Assembly: GCA_965644495.1 (NCBI GenBank)
Contig: CBFFSA010000013.1
Location: 358,001 to 422,000 of the forward strand
Direction: 5' to 3'
DNA: 64,000 nucleotides
From: Perkinsela sp. CCAP 1560/9
Taxonomy: Eukaryota; Protista; Euglenozoa: Kinetoplastea
In this document: positions 61,699 to 64,000 of the stretch, in pieces
How the letters are laid out: the number at the start of each line of letters is the position of its first letter
How positions within the stretch are numbered: position 1 is the stretch's first letter
Notes under the pieces: generated by a model
What the model was told of the DNA's origin: nothing
Database searches by the model: none
What the model saw: only the letters and a program-made list of their open reading frames with translations
Made by a program: the position numbers and the translations under genes

Positions 61699-62443
61699 AA
61701 CGATAAAGATACATTTTCTGTACCTTGTTGCCTTTTCTTCCATACACCATCTCCTCTACAATGGGAGGGCACCCCCCTCAATCACACTCTCTCTTGTCCG
61801 CACCCCCCCTCCGTCTCTCGTCCCATCACCCTCCTGCATCGTATTCCCCCACTTCGTCCTTCCCTCTCAGCGCGCTTGTCGTTCTGCTGTTTTCCTCTCT
61901 TGCGTCCCCCACCCCCGTGCCAGCAGCCCAAAGTATTGTATACTTGCTCACGGGATGGGGGCAGAGGTCCAGACCGATGGGCTCGTGCGTCGTTTCTCCT
62001 TGTCCCCGCGTCCGTTCCGCCTCGTCTCTCTTCCCGCTTTTTGCCCTCGGCGTGACGGCGGCTATGCGTTTCGTCATCTCCACGTCTCCCACCCTCGTAC
62101 GGCAACCTAAAGTATCTGATACTGCTAACGGGGTGGGAGCGGAGGTCACCTCCACGTCTCCCACCCTCGTACAGCAACACAAAGTATCTTATACTGCTAA
62201 CGGGGTGGGAGCGGAGGTCCTGGACCACATGGGCCACAGTGCGGACGAGTCGGTCAGTAGGGACGAGTCAGTCGGAAGGGAGTAAGTGGGGGAAGGGAAG
62301 TGAATGTAGTGAGGGGAAGGAAGTAGGGGAAGGAAGGAAGGAAGGAAGTAGGGTGAAGGGTTTTAAGTGGTGGAAAGTTCGAAACGTACATAAAAACATT
62401 AGACTCAATACTACTCCCCCCAATTATATGCAAAAAAAAAAAA
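61699..62443 (+). mobile_element. SL-capped, poly(A)-tailed non-autonomous derivative of family A
   Basis: SL with one mismatch at 61699-61730. A duplicated ~60-bp unit encodes QQHKV..TANGVGA, like the RLE segment QQPKY..NANGVAA. The 3' end actcaatactactcccccc-A(n) matches 20722-20760. Confidence 0.75.
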
Positions 62444-62464
62444 GTTTTAGTAAAAAAAAAAAAA

Positions 62465-62733
62465 AATTGACTATTGATATAAGAGTTGAAGTTTAGACGA
62501 CTGAAAGTCTATGTAAAGAAATCAACCCCTCTGGAAGTATGTTTCAGGGAACGCTCCATCTATCAAAATAGTCAATCAGATGTAGTAAGCGTATGTAAAC
62601 TGTAATGTTTAATCTGTAGAACTACAGAGCTACCGAAATATAACATCCATCATGGACAACAGAGTAAAAGACATTATCTTCACCAGTACTGTAATATCAA
62701 CTTCGCGAAGTAAGTATCAAATCTATTTTATAT
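62465..62733 (-). repeat. Partial YR B-repeat, inverted
   Basis: 62568-62733 is the near-perfect reverse complement of 16691-16856. Confidence 0.85.
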
Positions 62734-63794
62734 GCCTGTTCCGCAGACTTTTATTGATGGGTCCCAGCAATCTTTCATTAGCCATTTTACGACGATGCAC
62801 TATTCCACGACACGATTACCATCTGCGAGTACACAGGCAGGATGCCACACTCCATCTTGCGCAATCTTTCGAAAAAGAGGTAAATCAGGTTTTGCAAAAG
62901 TGGAGTGGAGCTGACGAAAAATCTTTACAACTAGCAATGCTTCCAAAAAAATTCGGTGGTTTAGGTATCACATCCTCGATTCTCAAACAGAAGTATTTCT
63001 TTGATGCCGCCCAAATATCTATCGAAGAGCACTCAAAGCCCAATAACGCTCCGGTAGATTACGAGGGCTGCGGCAAAGTTCAGAAGAAGAAGAAGACACA
63101 GAACCGAGGAGAAGCGACACGTAAACTCCCGAAGAAGAGATTGAGTACAGAGCATGAGTTGCAGGTCGCAGAACTGAAGAAGACTCCACATCTAGCGAAC
63201 ATTATAAATCGAAGCAAAGAGGCAAATGTACACTTAGAAAGCACAAATAACTACGTCAATCCATATTTTTTTCGCTACACGATGATGATGCGACTGGGGG
63301 TAAGTCTGCCGAAGGCGCCGTTAAACATAGTATTCCCGGGATGCTGTGGTCAGGAAACTTCATTCAGCATTATTCCACACATCGCAGGATGCTCCAGATG
63401 CTCCGGTATGAATTGCACCCGTAAGCACTCCCACATTGTTCGCTACCTCGCAGATTTGTGCTCAAAAGCAGGACTACCGTGTGTTATCGAACCCCGTATA
63501 CATTCTTCTTTCTATTGTACGAAATGCAAGTGCTCGATCTCTGCGGAGGTTGCCGACCAACATCCATGCAAAGCTCGACGAATTCGATCCGGCCCAGACA
63601 TCGCCATCATGTGGCCTCACATGGGAGAAGTCCTCTATGATTTTACTGTAGTTCACACTTGTTGCAGCAGTTATGCAAAGCAAACAACCAGTTATTTGTT
63701 GCAACAAGCCCAAGATAGAAAGTTCAAGAAGTACGTGGCAGAGAAAGGCGTGGACAGTGACTCCTTTCGTTGCATTGCCGTGACAGACTGCTGA
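62734..63794 (+). pseudogene. Family-B thumb, zinc finger and RLE fragment
   Basis: CLFRRL..GPSNLSL, GGLG, EPR, SGPD and YDFTV motifs; truncated at both ends. Confidence 0.88.
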
Positions 63795-64000
63795 AAGTAT
63801 ACGATAATAATTTAACGTAGTGGAAATATTAAAAGGAGGAGAATATTGATAGAATGCATCGGCACCACCACCGGTTTTCGGTCGCGGGGGCGCTGGTCAA
63901 AGAATGTGACTACGTACGGTCCACCCCCACATTAACCAGTCTACAAGTTACAACACAAAGATACGCAAAAAACAAACACAAGTGAAGCAAAAAATGACAA

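Noticed and set aside
62652-62733. MDNRVKDIIFTS... as the N-terminus of the RLE protein
   Set aside because: It is a chance in-frame fusion with an inverted YR B-repeat fragment; the same peptide appears at 16578..16772.

Overview
Eukaryotic nuclear DNA, most likely from a euglenozoan (kinetoplastid-like) protist. This is inferred from four copies of a spliced-leader (SL)-like 32-mer, intronless genes, and CRE/SLACS-type and VIPER/TATE-type retroelements. The first ~5 kb holds two host-like minus-strand genes; one of them (>572 aa) is missing from the ORF track because it runs off the window. The rest is a dense transposon cluster. (i) At least three families (called A, B, C here) of single-ORF, RLE-endonuclease non-LTR retrotransposons, mostly decayed, form a ~26-kb head-to-tail chain at 16.9-43 kb. 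(ii) Tyrosine-recombinase (YR) retroelements include one near-complete gag/YR/RT-RNaseH copy, one internally deleted copy with split direct repeats, and solo repeats. (iii) DNA transposons of Tc1/IS630, Merlin and hAT type are present with nested MITEs. (iv) SINE-like or Ingi-like remnants carry (CAA)n/(CAT)n tails. Best leads: family-A elements begin with the SL exon, including stacked SL relics that record repeated trans-splicing and retroposition; a 233-nt covarying 3' RNA module is shared by divergent elements; a 13.3-kb three-element concatemer sits inside one 176-bp duplication; one element carries tandem 2A-like peptides; the YR elements have a palindromic att-like junction and a YIDG RT motif; and two small RNA motifs show clean covariation. 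All alignments and folds were done by eye; no searches were run.
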